Shown here: one piece after another, positions 62,302-64,000 of the stretch
How the letters are laid out: each line of letters begins with the position of its first letter
Numbering within the stretch: the first letter of the stretch is position 1
Source: Pseudomonadota bacterium
Lineage (GTDB): Bacteria > Pseudomonadota > Gammaproteobacteria > UBA4575
Reading direction: 5' to 3'
Assembly (NCBI GenBank): GCA_039182865.1
Contig: JBCDBX010000002.1
Coordinates: 1,356-65,355, forward strand
Length of the DNA stretch: 64,000 nucleotides
Made by a program: the position numbers and the translations under genes
Notes under the pieces: generated by a model
The model's database searches: none
Seen by the model: the letters and a program-made list of their open reading frames with translations, nothing else
Told to the model about the DNA's origin: nothing

Positions 62302-64000
62302 TTACATGGACAATTGAATAACGACACCACCTGAATCTACAAGTCCATTATTGTCCGCATTTGGCGCAGTCAAGACATAGTAATTCCCACTATCTGGGTT
62401 AACTATTATTGCATCATCGAAATTGCCCGCGTCATCACCAGCCAGAATTGGTCCTATTTGCAAGCCCGTTACGCCATCGACAAGTAATACAGAGCCTGCA
62501 TCGATAACTCCATTCTCATCATCAACATCAGAGATAACAACAAAGTTATTATTATTAAGAGCAGTCACACCACCACTAGTCAGCATGTCATCAGCACTAT
62601 CTCCGACTAATCCATTAATCTCAGCACCTGTACTACCATTAACCAAACGGACGGAACCTGCATTTGAAACGCCACCCTCATCATCATTAGGTGAAGCGAT
62701 CACAAAATTGTTATTGCCCAGAGCTGTAACACCACCGCTGCCAAGATTATCACTTGCAATGTCGCCAGCTAAAGCATTAATTTCGAGGCCGGTACTGCCA
62801 TCGACTAATATCACAGAGCCAGCATTAGATACTCCACTCACATCATCATTAGGTGAAGCGATCACAAAATTATTATTGCTTAGTGCTGTCACACCACCAC
62901 TGCCAAGATTATCAATAAAAAAATCACCAGCTAAAGCATTAATTTCGACACCTGTAATGCCATTCACTAACCTCACGGAGCCGGCATTAAGCACACCGCC
63001 TACGTCATCATTGATTGAAACAATGACAAAATTATTATTTCCTAAAGCCGTGATGCCATCGCTACCAAGGCTATCATTCGCAACATCACCAGCTAACGTA
63101 TTAATTTCGACACCTGTGCCACCATCAACCAGTCGGACTGACCCAGCATTTGAAATAGCACCAACATCATCATTCGCTGATGCAATCACAAAATTATTAT
63201 TGCCTAGTGTAGTAACACCTTCACTACCGAGAGAATCACTCGCAGCATCACCCGCGATAGAATTGATCTCAATCCCCGTGCTGCCATCGACTAATATTAC
63301 TGAGCCCGCTGCAGATACTGCTCCAACTTCATCATTAGGTGAAGCGATCACAAAATTGTTATTCCCTAATGCAGTTACACCACCACTGCCAATATTATCA
63401 CCTGCCGCATCGCCTTCTATAGAATTAATCTCAGCACCTGTGTCACCATTGACTAGCCTCACAGAGCCACCATTGCCAACACCGCTAACGTCGTCACTCG
63501 AAGATGCAATCACAAAGTTATTATTCCCTAGCACAGTAACTCCATCGCTACCGAGAGAATCACCTGCCGCATCGCCTGCTATAGAATTTATTTCAACCCC
63601 CGTGCTACCATCAATTAACCTGACTGATCCAACATTTGAGATGCCACCAACGTCATCATTCTCGGATGCAATTACAAAGTTACCATTACTTAATACAGAA
63701 ACTCCTCCTGATCCAATAAGATCATTGGCATCATCGCCAGAGACAGAATTAATCTGCGCACCCGTACTGCCATCCACTAATATCACAGAGCCTGTATCAG
63801 TAACGCCGCCAACATCATCTGATTCAGAAATAATCACAAAATTGTTATTTGCCAGAGCGATAATACCTTGAGAACTAATCGAATCATCAGCATTATCACC
63901 ATAAATGCTTGCGATAGGTGTCATCGATGTTGGGCTATAGAGATGTACCGCACCGCTATTACTTGCCATACTGGAGTCACCCGGATCACCAACCACAATA
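62302..64000 (-). CDS. Large tandem-repeat protein, partial (N-terminus beyond the window end): nine or more 54-aa FG-GAP-like beta-propeller-blade repeats
   Basis: Repeat unit approx GSVxLVDGSTGxEINSxAGDxAxDxLGSxGVTALGNNNFVIASPNDDVxGVSNA recurring with NFVI at residues 52,106,...,484 (54-aa period). Degenerate last repeat and a defined C-terminus before the terminator. The frame is open to position 64000. Confidence 0.7.
   Translation of the reverse strand, partial: IVVGDPGDSSMASNSGAVHLYSPTSMTPIASIYGDNADDSISSQGIIALANNNFVIISESDDVGGVTDTGSVILVDGSTGAQINSVSGDDANDLIGSGGVSVLSNGNFVIASENDDVGGISNVGSVRLIDGSTGVEINSIAGDAAGDSLGSDGVTVLGNNNFVIASSSDDVSGVGNGGSVRLVNGDTGAEINSIEGDAAGDNIGSGGVTALGNNNFVIASPNDEVGAVSAAGSVILVDGSTGIEINSIAGDAASDSLGSEGVTTLGNNNFVIASANDDVGAISNAGSVRLVDGGTGVEINTLAGDVANDSLGSDGITALGNNNFVIVSINDDVGGVLNAGSVRLVNGITGVEINALAGDFFIDNLGSGGVTALSNNNFVIASPNDDVSGVSNAGSVILVDGSTGLEINALAGDIASDNLGSGGVTALGNNNFVIASPNDDEGGVSNAGSVRLVNGSTGAEINGLVGDSADDMLTSGGVTALNNNNFVVISDVDDENGVIDAGSVLLVDGVTGLQIGPILAGDDAGNFDDAIIVNPDSGNYYVLTAPNADNNGLVDSGGVVIQLSM
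62340..63990. repeat. Tandem array of diverged 162-bp coding repeats (about 10 copies)
   Basis: Recurrent near-identical stretches such as GCGATCACAAAATTGTTATTGCC at 162-nt spacing (e.g. 62698, 62858, 63020, 63340). Confidence 0.7.

Noticed and set aside
62423-63871. 482-aa plus-strand ORF antisense to the repeat protein
   Set aside because: Its Pro/Ser/Thr-rich low-complexity translation follows the repeat periodicity. It is most likely a shadow ORF kept open by the tandem repeats. The minus frame has structured blade motifs and a terminator.

Overview
This is a 64 kb window of a low-GC (roughly 38-40% by eye) gammaproteobacterial chromosome. Gene content and order resemble Legionellales/Pseudomonas-type genomes, but the taxon cannot be fixed from sequence alone. 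Most of the window is densely packed housekeeping genes with a conserved backbone: trpS (partial); an M50 protease; tsaC; a parvulin PPIase; mlaA; argG; rnt; grxD; a translationally coupled hyuB-asnB pair; argD-argF; an alanine/cation symporter; nadC; mazG; bcp; cmoA-cmoB; glnK-amtB; pcnB-folK-dNK-panB-panC; pgi; queG; nnr-tsaE-amiB; mutL-miaA-hfq-hflX-hflK-hflC-hisZ-purA; rnr; rlmB; rpsF-rpsR-(membrane protein)-rplI-dnaB-alr. No rRNA, tRNA, CRISPR array, transposase or integrase was recognised. The non-backbone content worth a second look is as follows. (1) The last ~5 kb after alr is an AT-rich accessory block of short orphan genes. It ends in a large tandem-repeat protein with a 54-aa/162-bp period and FG-GAP-like beta-propeller blades, which runs off the window edge. 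(2) A ribbon-helix-helix gene of atypically high GC, preceded by a TTGAT-type palindromic operator candidate, sits directly upstream of two c-di-GMP genes (PAS-GGDEF-EAL and DUF484/GAF-GGDEF). (3) An orphan hydantoinase-B-family gene is fused by TGA-n-ATG coupling to an asparagine-synthetase-type amidotransferase, with no hyuA partner. (4) Several well-signalled micro-ORFs of 25, 34 and 54 aa are missed by the ORF track. (5) Two unlinked small proteins share an Arg-rich DRR-repeat motif. All functional calls rest on motif and family recognition by eye from the translations. No database search was run.
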